DNA of 64,000 nt from contig NW_027590173.1 in the NCBI RefSeq assembly GCF_964213995.1, positions 682,001 to 746,000 of the forward strand, in the 5' to 3' direction. A program made the translations under genes and the position numbers. This stretch comes from Mustelus asterias. Lineage: Eukaryota. The notes beneath the pieces were generated by a model. That model ran no database searches. It was not told the DNA's origin and saw only the letters and a list, made by a program, of their open reading frames with translations. Position 1 is the first letter of the stretch, and each line of letters starts with the position of its first letter. This document shows positions 13,746-25,054 of the stretch, piece by piece.

Positions 13746-14426
13746 TCACTTCTTTCCTGGCGCTTTCTTCGCTTTTGCTGCTTTCACTTTGGGTTTGGCC
13801 TTGGATTTAGTCACTTTTTTGACAGACTTTCCGCCCGTCACCTTCTTCACAGGAGACTTTTTCTTCAGGGCTGCTTTCTTCACCGCCTTTTTTGGAGTTG
13901 CCGCCTTCTTGCTGCTTGTTTTCTTCGCTGTTGATTTCTTCACTGGAGTTTTCTTTGCTGCGAGTTTCTTTGCTGCGGGTTTCTTTGCTGCGGGTTTCTT
14001 GGCTGCGGGTTTCTTTGTTGTCACCTTCTTGGCCGCTGTTTTCTTTACTAAAGATTTCTTGGCTGTTGGTTTCTTCACCTTCTTTCCCATTTTCCCCGGG
14101 CTTTCCTTCTTAGCGAGTTTGAAGGAGCCGGAGGCGCCCTGTCCCTTTATCTGCACCAGAGAGCCTTTCTCCACCTTCCTCTTGATCGTTAACCTGATCT
14201 GGGAGCCGCGCTTCCCCACATCCACTCCGCTGCCAGCCAAAGCTTTCTTTATCGCGGCCAGGGACATCCCCTTGCGATCGCTGCAACCCGCCACAACATT
14301 GAGGATCTGCTCGCCTAACTTGGGACCGGCTGCCGCAGGTCGGGGAGCCGCCTTCTTCTTCCTGGGAGACTTCACTTGAGCGGGAGCGGCTGGAGGAGCC
14401 GTTTCGGCGGCTGCACTTTCAGTCAT
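13746..14426 (-). CDS. H1: Linker histone H1, 226 aa
   Basis: Globular domain (SLAAIKKAL..GASGSFKL), K/A/P-rich tail with S/TPxK motifs and KKPAA repeats, 3' stem-loop. Confidence 0.96.
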   Translation of the reverse strand: MTESAAAETAPPAAPAQVKSPRKKKAAPRPAAAGPKLGEQILNVVAGCSDRKGMSLAAIKKALAGSGVDVGKRGSQIRLTIKRKVEKGSLVQIKGQGASGSFKLAKKESPGKMGKKVKKPTAKKSLVKKTAAKKVTTKKPAAKKPAAKKPAAKKLAAKKTPVKKSTAKKTSSKKAATPKKAVKKAALKKKSPVKKVTGGKSVKKVTKSKAKPKVKAAKAKKAPGKK

Positions 14427-14489
14427 ATCCGAGAGTGTGTGGAAAATCTGTGTGAGTCAGAACTGGATCCGAAATGAACCCAGTGGTGG

Positions 14490-14580
14490 CGGCACAGAGC
14501 AACTTAAAGGCAGAGAGCGGACGGAGCAGAGACAAGCTGCTGTCAGCTCCTGGCTCCTCCAGCCTCTCTGTGTTTCTCTC
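14490..14580 (-). promoter_or_regulatory. H1 promoter with H1 (AC) box
   Basis: AAACACA on the minus strand at 14569-14575; TTTAAG TATA-like motif near 14503-14508. Confidence 0.7.
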
Positions 14581-15609
14581 TCCTCACAAACCTTGCAATG
14601 AAATTCCGCCTCTCCAGAGATCCAGCTCACATCCTTCATGTCTCTGACACACGAATGTTTGCTGTTGAAAAGGTTTCACTCGAACTGAGGACTCCATTTT
14701 CCACTGAAACCCGTTTTACTGCTGCACTGATCGCGCTCTCACACGCGATAGCTGACATGTTCTCTACTTTTCCACTGAAATCTTGAATTTAGCGAAACAA
14801 TTGCCTTGAAATCTCACTTTGGGGCTCAGCAGGGGGATTGGGGGGAATCATTGATTGAAAATCGTTTTATTTAACACAAGAGAGACTCGGAGATCTCATG
14901 ATCAGAACAGACACACAAACACAGCTGGATTAGTCTGACCCGCCCGCTCCTTTCATTCACCCTCTCTTACACAATATTCACACCTACACATTCACAGGAC
15001 AAAACATTTACCAACTGTAAGGTCCCAGGACGGAATTTCTCCTCCTTCCGGCCTTTGCTTCGGATTCCAGGGAGTTAGTTATAGTTTTTCACCTCAGTAA
15101 CTGTTAAACACTCTGAAGCCCGCTCCCTGCAGATTGCCTTTGAATTCATTCATGGAATGTGGGTGTCGCTGTCTGGGTCAGTATTTATTGCCCATCCCTA
15201 ATTGCCCTTGGGAAGGTGGTGATGAGCTGCCTTCTGGAACCGCTGCAGTCCATGTGGTGCAGGACCACATCTGTTAACCAGATTCCGTGGCCAGAGCTAA
15301 TCATAGCTGGGGGGTTTTCAGTTATTATAGTGATTGCAGACATCGTGTCTTTCGGGTGAAAATACAAATTATCTGCTCTCGGAGTCTCTAGATTTCCTGT
15401 TTTATTTGTTTCTTCTGCACTGACAGGTAACAGTAAATCACAACCTCAACAACCAGTGACAGCCAGTTAAATAATCATCCCCCACTCGCTGAAAGTGAAG
15501 TTTCTGATAGTGATGGACAGTTTCCGACCATCCTCCGATTGGGCCTGAGGAAACCAGATTCACTGTCAAAGCTGAACTTTGTTACAGAAGGGGTGGAAGA
15601 GCCAGGTGA

Positions 15610-15672
15610 GCGATGGTGGTGGAGTGGTGACTGTGCGAGCATTTGACCAAGAGTCAGTTCCTGACCATCACA
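15610..15672 (+). pseudogene. Highly degenerate tRNA-Gly(TCC) relic lacking the anticodon arm
   Basis: GCGATGGTGG..AGTGGTGA..GCATTTGACC..TTCCTGACCATCACA aligns with the Gly gene at 57234. Confidence 0.5.
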
Positions 15673-15959
15673 GTGGTGATTTATTTAATTAACTATCGCA
15701 GGTCACAACAGCAGGTGGGCATTCCTAAAATAAAATTCACTAAAGATTCTCACCATCACTGTGGTTCTAATGGAAAATCCAGCTTCAATTTACTTTGTGG
15801 AAACTTTGTTAAAATGAAAGAACAGGCCTCAAAACTAATCAATGAGTTCTCAGTCAGAAACAATAGTGAAAAGGTGGCTGAAACTGTCCAGAAAAACGAG
15901 AAAAGCCAAGTTCAGTTTACAAACTGTGCCATGGACACACCAAAAGACACTAATAATTG

Positions 15960-16475
15960 CTGTTTGAGTGGCAGGTTGAGAGCATGGTTAATAAAGTATT
16001 TGGTTTTGTGAGCTTTATACGTAGGGACATAGAGTACAAGAGCAAGCAGGTTATGGGAAACCTGTATAAAACACTGGTTTGGCCTCAGTTGGAGTATTTG
16101 ACTCTGATCTGGACAGCAGCCTTTGGAAAGGATGTGAAGGCATTGGAGAGGGTGCAATAAATCTCTGGGCATGGGTCCAGGGATGAGGAAGTTCAGTTAC
16201 ATCGGTAGATTGAGAATTTGGGTCTGTTCTCTTTGACGAAGAGAAGGTTGAGAGGAGATTTGATAGAAGTGTTCAGAATTGTGAAAGGAGTAAAAGATTC
16301 TGTGCTGGGACCTTACAGTTGGTAAAAGTTTTGTCCTGTGAATGTGTAGGTGTGAATATTGTGGAAGAGAGAGTGTATGAAAGGAGCAGGCGGGTCAGAC
16401 TAATCCAACTGTGTTTGTGTGTCTGTTCTGATCATGTGGAGGGAATTGGAAGGAGCTGATAGGGAGAAGCTGTCA
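15960..16475 (+). mobile_element. Degenerate CR1 RT C-terminal fragment
   Basis: ORF 15957-16160 YKTLVWPQLEY..KDVKALERVQ. Confidence 0.8.
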
Positions 16476-17235
16476 TGTCCCAATCTTCCTCTGTCAGGAA
16501 GTGTTCCCCAAACTGAATGGACAGGGCACTTTCCCGGTTACACTTCTCCGGCAATGCTAAATATTCTGAGTATTTGTTTTAATGTGAAACATTTAAGATA
16601 ATTATACAAACACAATAAATTGTTGAGAGTAAAGAAGAAACATTAAAAATGAAAATTCATGTTGACGTCTCTCTGCTGAACTTTTAGTCTTTCCAGTCTG
16701 GGCCAGTGGTCTGATTAATCCGATGGTGCTTTTCCCAGTCGCCTGTGTAACGTGGCTTGAATCCCGGCCTTCCAGGTTTTGAACTGCATAGCGGAGCATT
16801 TGAGAAAGTATTGGGGCTGAATGGCCTCATCTAGCTCTAGTCTTCCTTCCGTCTGGTGAGCTGATCTGACATCCAACCCAGAGTGGAAATGCTGCATAGA
16901 TTATCTTAAAAATGGTCTCTAAGCTGAGGGAGTGACTGTAAATCTCGTCAACACTTCCATCCTGACTAATTTCCTCCACTTCAAACCGTCCATCAATGTC
17001 AGAAGGAGTCAGAACTGGAGTAGGAGACTCCACCAATGATTGAGGTCCCATCTTTGACCACTCGAGCATCCTGCCTTGCCTCACACCTTCTCTGTTCTCC
17101 AGCAGCGGTGATGTTCCAGGGTCTTGGCTGCTCTGAATGGCCTGTTTGAGGGTCTCCTTGCTCCAAAGCAGATGACTTTTGATGTCTGCCAGCAAGTTGT
17201 AGAGATTTGGCTCCTCCTCATCTCCATCTCCAACT

Positions 17236-17571
17236 AGGACAGCACGGTAGCACAGTGGTTAGCACTGCTGCTTCACAGCTCCAGGGTCCCGGGTTCGATG
17301 CTCGGGTCACTGTCTGTGTGGAGTTTGCACATTCTCCACGTGTCTGCGTGGGTTTCCTCCGGGTGCTCCGCTTTCCTCCCACAGTCCAAAGATGTGCAGG
17401 TTAGGTTGATTGGCCAGGTTAAACATTGCCCCTTAGTGTCCTGAGATGCGTAGGTTAGAGGGATTAGTGGGTAAATATGTGGGGGTAGGGCCTGGGTGGG
17501 ATTGTGGTCGGTGCAGACTCGATGGGCCGAATGGCCTCCTTCTGCACTGTAGGGTTTCTATGGTTTCTATG
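17236..17571 (+). mobile_element. HE1-type V-SINE with AACT target duplication
   Basis: Full head-to-tail match to 4476-4819; AACT at 17232-17235 and 17572-17575. Confidence 0.9.
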
Positions 17572-17779
17572 AACTTCAGACCAGTCGGGAACTTCCATCT
17601 TCCAAGCTTCTCGGGGCTGGTTGAACAGAAACAACAATAATTAAGGATTTTGCGGAGTTGTTACATTCGAGCAGATTTCCCCCTGGGGCATTTCATTAAA
17701 CACCGGCTTTTTCACTTCATTATCAACTGCAGGAATGGCAATGGAATGTATTGGTCCATTTATCCTCACATAGGAGTTG

Positions 17780-18377
17780 GTTCGTCATGTTGAAGTTGTA
17801 CAAGACATTGGTAAGGCCCCACTAGGAATACTGTGTACAGTTCTGGTCACACTGTTATAGAAAGGATATTATTAAATGAGAAAGACTGCAGAAAAGATTT
17901 ACTATGATGCTACCGGGACTTGATGGTTTGAGTTATAAGGAGAGGATGAATAGTCTGGGACTTTTTGTCTGGAGCGTAGGAGTCTTAGGGATGATCTTAT
18001 AGAGGTTATAAAATAATGAGGACCACAGATGAGGAAGATAGTCAACATCTTTTCCCAAAGTTAGGGGAGTCTAAAAGTGGGGGACACAGGTTTAAGGTGA
18101 GAGGGGAGAAACACAAAAGGGGCCAGAGGGGCAATTTTTTCACACAGAGGGTGGTGAGTGTCTGTAACGAGCTGCCAGAGGTAGTAGTAGAAGCGGTTAC
18201 AATTTTGTCTTTTAAAAAGCATTTCGATAGTTGCATGGGTAAGATTGGTATAGAGGGATATGGGCCAAACGCAGGCAATTGGGAATAGCTTATTGGTAAA
18301 AACTGGACGACACGGATTAGTTGGGCTGAAGGGCCTGTTTCCAGCTGTGAATGTCTGTGACTGTATGACTATGACTC
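17780..18377 (+). mobile_element. CR1-clade LINE 3' fragment
   Basis: GHRFKVRG..NFFTQRVV; (TATGAC)n tail. Confidence 0.85.
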
Positions 18378-18864
18378 TAGCCCTAACTGGAAATGATGCA
18401 GGTTGTCACTGTCATTGCTGTAAGTGGGATGGGGACAATGCTCACTCACAGCATCTGTATTCCATCTGAACAGCTGGCAGGTAGAACACAAAATCAATGG
18501 TAAACATTCTGTCAGCATCCAGTGAAACTGGGTAACTATGGTAACGGGTCAGTACATTGACAACACAGGACTCTGTGACAATACCTTCATCCCCAACAGG
18601 GTGATGTCACCAGGATCCACAATTCCCCCAGTTTGGAGATTCCAGTCAGGAAGCAAGGAGCAAAGTGTAAGACACCAGAGAAAAGACAAAAGATTTTCAT
18701 TTCTATCGAACCAATCATCATCTCTGGAGTTCCCAAAGGACAGTCAATGAATGACTTCTTTAAGCAGTCATAGAGTCAGAGAATTTTACAGCACAGAAAG
18801 AGGCCATTCGGCCCCTCGTGTATGCACCGGCCATCAGCACCGATCTATTCTAATCCCATCCCGA

Positions 18865-19452
18865 TCTGGATGAGGGAACCAAACGTAACATTTCCACGTT
18901 TGCTGACAACACAAAACTGGGCGGAATTGTGAGTAGGATGTAAGGAGGCTTCAAGGTGATTTAGACAAGTTGAGTGAGTCAACAAACACATGGTAGATGC
19001 AGCACAACGCGGCTAAATATGAAGTTATACACTTTGGTGTGAAAAACAGAAAGGACAGGATGAGAGGAGATCTGATTGAAAAATATACAATTCTAACAGG
19101 GCTGGACAGACTAGCTGCAGGAAGGATGTTTTCCTTGGTTGGGGAATGTAGAACAAGGGGACACAGTCTTAGGATATGGAGTACACCATTTAGAAATGAG
19201 ATGAGGAGAGATTTCTTCACTTAGAGGGTGGTGAACCTGTGGAATTCTCTACCTCAGAAGCTGTGGCGACCAAGTCACTGCATATATTCAAGAAGGAGAG
19301 AGATAAATTTTTAGATTTTAATGGCATCAAGGGGTATTGGGAAAAGCTGAGAATATGGAATTGAGATATAGGATCAGACATGATCACATTGAATGATGGA
19401 ACAGGCTCGAAGGGCTGAATGGCCGACTCCTGTTCCAAGTTTCTATGTTTCC
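18865..19452 (+). mobile_element. CR1-clade LINE 3' fragment
   Basis: FADNTKLGG and RTRGHSL..RRDFF remnants, 3' UTR with TTCTATG tail. Confidence 0.85.
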
Positions 19453-19453
19453 A

Positions 19454-19566
19454 AGTTCTGATGAAAGGTCACAGACCTGAAAAACTAACTCTGTTTCTCT
19501 CTGTAAACAGATGCTGCACAATCTGCTGAGCTTTCTTTTCTGTTTCATTTCAGATTTCCAGCGTCT
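19454..19566 (+). mobile_element. Short hammerhead-motif repeat (Penelope-like terminus, family 2)
   Basis: CTGATGA-AAGGTC-ACA-GACCT-GAAA then CTCTGTTTCTCT..CAGATGCTG..TTTCAGATTTCCAGC; many related copies in the window. Confidence 0.6.
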
Positions 19567-20114
19567 GAACTGAACCCAGCCAGAGTCAGCACCTTCAGGA
19601 GAGAGAGAGAGGGGAACCAGTGAGTGTAGAACTGAACCAGGCCAGAGTCAGCACCTTCAGGGGATAGAGAGGAATCAGTGAGTGTGGAACTGAACCCAGC
19701 CAGAATCAGCACCTTCAGGAGAGAGAGAGAGAGAGGAATCAGTGAGTGTGGAACTGAACCCAGCCAGAGTCAGCACCTTCAGGAGAGAGAGAGAGAGAGA
19801 GAGAGAGGAACCAGTGAGTATAGAACTGAACCCAGCCAGAGTCAGCACCTTCAGGAGAGAGAGAGAGAAACCAGTGAGTGTAGAACTGAACCCAGCCAGA
19901 GTCAGCACTTTCAGGAGAGAGAGAGAGAGAGAGAGAGAGGAACCAGTGAGTATAGAACTGAACCCAGCCAGAGTCAGCACCTTCAGGAGAGAGCGAGGAA
20001 CCAGTGAGTGTGGAACTGAACACAGCCAGAGTCAGCACCTTCAGGAGAGAGCGAGGAACCAGTGAGTGTGGAACTGAACCCAGCCAGAGTCAGCACCTTC
20101 AGGGGATAGAGAGG
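19567..20114. repeat. Nine-unit minisatellite: ~48-bp constant core plus variable (GA)n
   Basis: GAACTGAACCCAGCCAGAGTCAGCACCTTCAGG(AG)nGAACCAGTGAGTGT repeated 9 times. Confidence 0.97.
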
Positions 20115-20155
20115 TAATTAATTTAAGCCCTGTATTCAAAATCAGAGGTAGAGAG

Positions 20156-20271
20156 GATTTGATTTGATTTATTATTGTCACATGTATGAACATATTGTTT
20201 CTGCCCCCTATCCAGACAAAACATACCGTTCATAGAGAAGGAAATGAGAGAGTGTAGAATGTAGTGTTACA
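20156..20271 (-). mobile_element. Rex1/Babar-like LINE 3' end
   Basis: GATTTGATTTGATTTATTATTGTCACATG tail. Confidence 0.7.
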
Positions 20272-20299
20272 GGAAAGAGGGAACCAATGACCAGTGAGC

Positions 20300-21345
20300 C
20301 GAACGTCGGTCGTAGGGCAGTTGCTGGAGTCCATTATCAAGCGTTTGAAAAGCAGTGTTCTAATCAGATAAAGTCAGCATGGATTTACAAAAGGGAAATC
20401 ATGCTTGACAAAACTACTGGAATTCTTTGAGGATGTAACTAGTAGAGTTGACCAGGGAGAACCGGTGGATGTGATTTATTTAGACTTTCAGAAGGCTTTG
20501 GACAAGGTCTTACATAACGTTTTTAAGTTATAAAGTTTAAAGTTTGTTTATTAGTGTCACAAGTAGGTTTACATTAACACTGCAATTAAGTTGTGAAAAT
20601 CCCCCAGTCGCCATACTCTGCCACCTGTTCGGGTAGACCGAGAGAGAATTTAGCATGGCCAATGCAACTAACCAACATGTCTTTCAGACTGTGGGAGGAA
20701 ACCAGAGCACCCAGAGGAAACCCACGCAGACATGGAGGGAACATGCAAACTCCACACAGACAGTGACCCAAGCCAGGAATCGAACCCGGCTCCCTGGTGC
20801 TGTGAGACAGCAGTGCCAACCACTGTGCCGCCCTGCTACTATGTAAAGTTAAAGTATATTGGATTGTGGGTTGCGTCTTGAGATGGATAGAAAGCTGGTT
20901 CACAGACAGGAAGCAAAGAGATGGCATAAATGGGTCTTTTTCCAATTGGAAGGCAGTGATTAGTGGGGTACCGCAGGGATCTGTGCTGGGACCCAAACTG
21001 TTCATATTATATATTAATGATTTGGACACAGGAACTAAATGTATTATCTCCAAATATGTAGATGATACAATATTGGGTGGGAGGGTGAGCTGTGAGCAGC
21101 ATGCAGAGATCTTCCAGTGTGATTTGGACAGGCTGAGTGTGTGGGCATCTGCATGGCAGATGTAGTATAATGTGGATAAAATGCAGTGACCACTTCATTA
21201 TCCACTTCAGTAGCAAAAATAGGAAGGCAGATTATTATTTGAAGGGGTGTAAATTAAGAGAGGTGGATACTCAGCGAGACCTCGGTGTCCTTGTGCATCA
21301 GTCAGTAAAATCATGTTGAAGCTGTACAGGACTTTGGTTTGGCCA

Positions 21346-21377
<32 letters not shown>

Positions 21378-21790
21378 ACACTTCCGGAAGGATGTTGATG
21401 CATTGGAAAGGGCGCAGAAGAGATTTTCCAGGATGTTGCCTGGTTTGGAGGAACCTTTTTGAAGAAAGGTTGAACAAACTTGGATTGTTTTCTTTGGAGC
21501 ATCTGAGGATGAGGGGGGACCTGAGAGAGGTTTACAAGATTATAACAGGCTTGGATAGAGTGGATTGTCAGAGTCTTTTTCCCAGGTTACTCAGGACAAA
21601 GGTGAGAGTGAGAGAGGGAAAGTTTAAGAGATGTAAGGGGCACGGTTTTCAGACAGAGAGTGGTGAATGCCTGGAATGTGCTGCCAGAGGAAGTAGTAGA
21701 AACAGATTCTGTAACAACATTCAAAGGGCATCTGGATAGATACATGAATCAGCCGGGAACAGAGGGATATGGACCACGTCAAGGCAAGGA
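20300..21790 (+). mobile_element. CR1-clade RT fragments interrupted by a V-SINE (20525-20833, minus)
   Basis: QHGF..SCLT..DFQKA, GVPQGSVLGP (ORF 20866-21165) and 3' remnants. Confidence 0.85.
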
Positions 21791-21995
21791 AATATTAGAT
21801 TAGAGAAGTGTAATAAGTCTGTGGAGGCAGAAGTTCCTTCACCAAAATCCCTTTATTTACAACTCTAACAGCAGTACACAAAGTGCTAACAGTTAGCAGT
21901 CTACCTCCGGGGGTGTCAGAGGAACTGACACTCCCGGTTAAGTACAAGGCAAAGTTTCCCTGATTGGCCCATCAATTGGATCCTTAATCAGGGAA

Positions 21996-22724
21996 CTCTT
22001 TTTTTCCCCAACCAAATCACAGAATCACAGAAACCCTACAGTGCAGAAGGAGGCCATTCGGCCCATCGAGTCTGCACCGACCACAATCCCACCCAGGCCC
22101 TACCCCCACATATTTACCCACTAATCCCTTTAACCTACGCATCTCAGGAGCAATTTTTAGCCTGGCCAATCAACCTAACCCGCACATCTTTGGACAAAAT
22201 CAGATTAACTTAGGGGCAACCCAAAAGGGGCAGCTCCCTAAAAGGAGGGGAACCACCCGAACCAAGAAACAAAGCGGAAAGGAAACTTAAAACATCAAAT
22301 TAAAATGTGATCAAAAGGGTCAATAATACACCCCCATTCCTGCGGTGCCCAGCAGGCATGGAAGGCATCAACACTGCCCTCGGACACCGCACACTCCCTT
22401 TCCAGGGACTCCCAGCCGCAAATGTAGCCGCAGTAGAGAGGCAGACAGTCAGGTTGGGCGACCCTGTTGATCGCTCGTTGGATAGATCTGTAGATGGCAC
22501 GCTTTGCCAAGCCCAGGAGCAGGTTCACGAGGAGGTGCTCCTCCTTCCCCTCCGCACCAGGTGCCCGTAGATCAAGAGTGTGGGACTGAAGTGTAAACAA
22601 AACTTCAATAAAAGATTTTTGAGGGAACTGAAAAGTTTGTGCAGCCTAGAACATGAAACATAGACATGGTCCACAGACTCCACAGGATTGCAAAAAGGCA
22701 CGCTTGGGAGCCTGTGAACCGTAA
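21996..22724 (-). mobile_element. Tx1/L1-clade LINE 3' fragment interrupted by an HE1 SINE tail (22019-22195)
   Basis: CxxC..ESVDHVY..C zinc-binding region, LLVNLLLGLAKRAIY, C-terminal HILI*; same family as 36537 and 50113. Confidence 0.8.
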
Positions 22725-23424
22725 GGGTGGGAGGGTGAGCTGTGAGGAGGATGCAGAGATCCTCCAGCGTGATTTGGACAGGCTGAGTGTGTGGGCATCT
22801 GCACGGCAGATGTAGTATAATGTGGATAATATATACGGTGACCACTTCATTATCCACTACAGTAGCAAAAATAGGACGGCAGATTATTATTTGAAGGGGT
22901 GTAAATTGAGAGAGGTGGATACTCAGCGAGACCTCGGTGTCCTTGTGCATCAGTCAGTAAAATCATGTTGAAGCTGTATAAGACTTTGGTTAGGCCACAT
23001 TTGGAGTATTGTGTACCATTCTGGTCGCCACACTTCCGCAAGGATGTTGATGCGTTGGAAAGGGTGCAGAAGAGATTTTCCAGGATGTTGCCTAGTTTGG
23101 AGAAAACAGCTCTGAAGAAAGGTTGAACAAACTTGGATTGTTTTTCTTTGGAGCATCGGAGGATGAGGGGGGACCCGAGAGAGGTTTACAAGATTATGAC
23201 AGGCTTGGATAGAGTGGATTGTCAGAGTCTTTTCCCCAGGGTCAAAGGGTCAATTACTCGGGACAAAGGTGAGAGTGAGAGAGGGAAAGTTTAAAAGAGA
23301 TGTAAGGGTCAAGTTTTTCAGATAGAGGGTAGTGAATGCCTGGAACGAGCTGCCGGAAGAGGTGGTGGAAGCAGATTCTATAACAACGTTCAAGAGGCAT
23401 CTGGATAGGTACATGAATAGAGGG

Positions 23425-24700
23425 ATGCAGCTTAATCCGTGACAGTCAGCACGGATTCGTGAAGGGTAAGTCTTGCCTCACAAATTTGATTGAATTCTTT
23501 GAGGAGGTAAGTAAGTGTGCAGATGAAGGTAGAGCAGTTGATGTCATATACATGGATTTTAGTAAGGCGTTTGATAAGGTTCCCCATGGTAGGCTCATGA
23601 AGAAAGTGAGGAGGTGTGGGATAGAGGGAAATTTGGCCGATTGGATAAGTAACTGGCTATCTCATAGAAGACAGAGGGTGGTGGTGGATGGAAAATTTTC
23701 AGACTGGAGACCTACCAGTGGTGTACCACAGGCATCAGTGCTGGGTCCTCTGCTTTTTGTGACTCTTATCAATGACTTAGAGGAGGGGACTGAAGGGTGG
23801 GTCAGTAAATTTGCTGATGACACCAAGATTGGTGGAGTAGTGGATGAGGTGGAGGGCTGTTGCAGGCTGCAGAGACATTGATAGGATGCAGAGCTGGGCT
23901 GAAAAATGGCAGATGGAGTTTAACACTGATAAGTGCGAGGTGATTCATTTTGGTAGAACAAATTTGAATGCGGATTACAGGGTCAACGGCAGGGTTCTGA
24001 GGAATGTGGAGGAACAGAGAGACCTTGGGTTTCATATCCACAGATCTCTAAAGGTTGCCACTCAAGTGGATAGAGCCATGAAGAAGGCCTATAGTGTGTT
24101 CGTGTTTATTAACAGGGGGTTTGAGTTTAAGAGCCGTTGGGTTATGCTGCAACTGTAGAGGACCTTGGTGAGACCATATTTGCAATATTGTGTGCAGTTC
24201 TGGTCACCTCACTATAAGAAGGATGTGGAAGCATTGGAGAGAGTGCAGAGGAGATTTACCGGGATGCTGCCTGGTTTGGAGGGTAGGTCTTATGAGGAAA
24301 GGTTGACGGAGCGAGGGCTTTTCTCTTTGGAGCGAAGGAGGATGAGAGGCGACTTAATACAGGTTTGTAAGATGATGATGGGGATAGATAGAGTGGACGT
24401 TCAGAGACTATTTCCTCGGGTGAATGTAGCTGTTACTAGGGGCATAACTATAAGGTTCATGGTGGGAGATATAGGAGGGATGTCCGAGGTAGGTTCTTTA
24501 CTCAGAGAGTGGTTGGGGTCTGGAATGGACTGCCTGCTGTGATAGTGGAGTCGGACACTTTGGGAACTTTCAAGCGGTTATTGGATAGGCACATGGAGCA
24601 CACCAGGATGATCGGGAGTGGGATTGCTTTATCTCGGTTTCAGACAAAGCTCGGCACAACATCAAGGGCTGAAGGGCCTGTACTGTGCTGTACTGTTCCA
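23425..24700 (+). mobile_element. CR1-clade LINE, 5'-truncated RT (frameshifted)
   Basis: ORFs 23459-23881, 23844-24158 and 24165-24542 with DFSKAFD and FADDTK. Confidence 0.92.
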
Positions 24701-24745
24701 TGGATTTGGACCACATCAAGGCAAGAAAATATTAGATAATAGAAG

Positions 24746-24980
24746 TGTAATAGGTCTGCGGAGGCAGAAGTCCCTTCACCAAAACCCCTTTTCTTACAAC
24801 TCTAACAGCAGTACACCGAGTGCTAACAGTTCGCAGTCTACCTCCGGGGGTGTCAGAGGAACTGACACTCTCGGTTAAGTACAAGGCAAAGACTCCCTGA
24901 TTGGCCCATCAATTGGATCCTGAATCAGGAAGTTCATGCTCCTATAGGCCAACCTCAATGGCCCAATTGAAGTCATCACA
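24746..24980 (-). mobile_element. Putative solo LTR (235 bp); truncated duplicate at 21809-21995
   Basis: TGTAATA...CATCACA termini, flanks AGAAG/AGAGG; AATAAA on the minus strand of the duplicate. Confidence 0.5.
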
Positions 24981-25054
24981 AGAGGCATCTGCATCGGCAC
25001 AGACTTGGTGGGCACTTCCTGTGCTGCACTGTACTGTTCTTTGTTCAGTCTCTG

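Noticed and set aside
16700-16775. Possible tRNA-Glu relic
   Set aside because: Similarity too weak and no consistent stems
19567-20114. CRISPR-like repeat-spacer look and the repeat-derived ORFs 19675-20065
   Set aside because: The spacers are just (GA)n length variants, the context is eukaryotic and there are no cas genes; the ORFs are low-complexity artefacts
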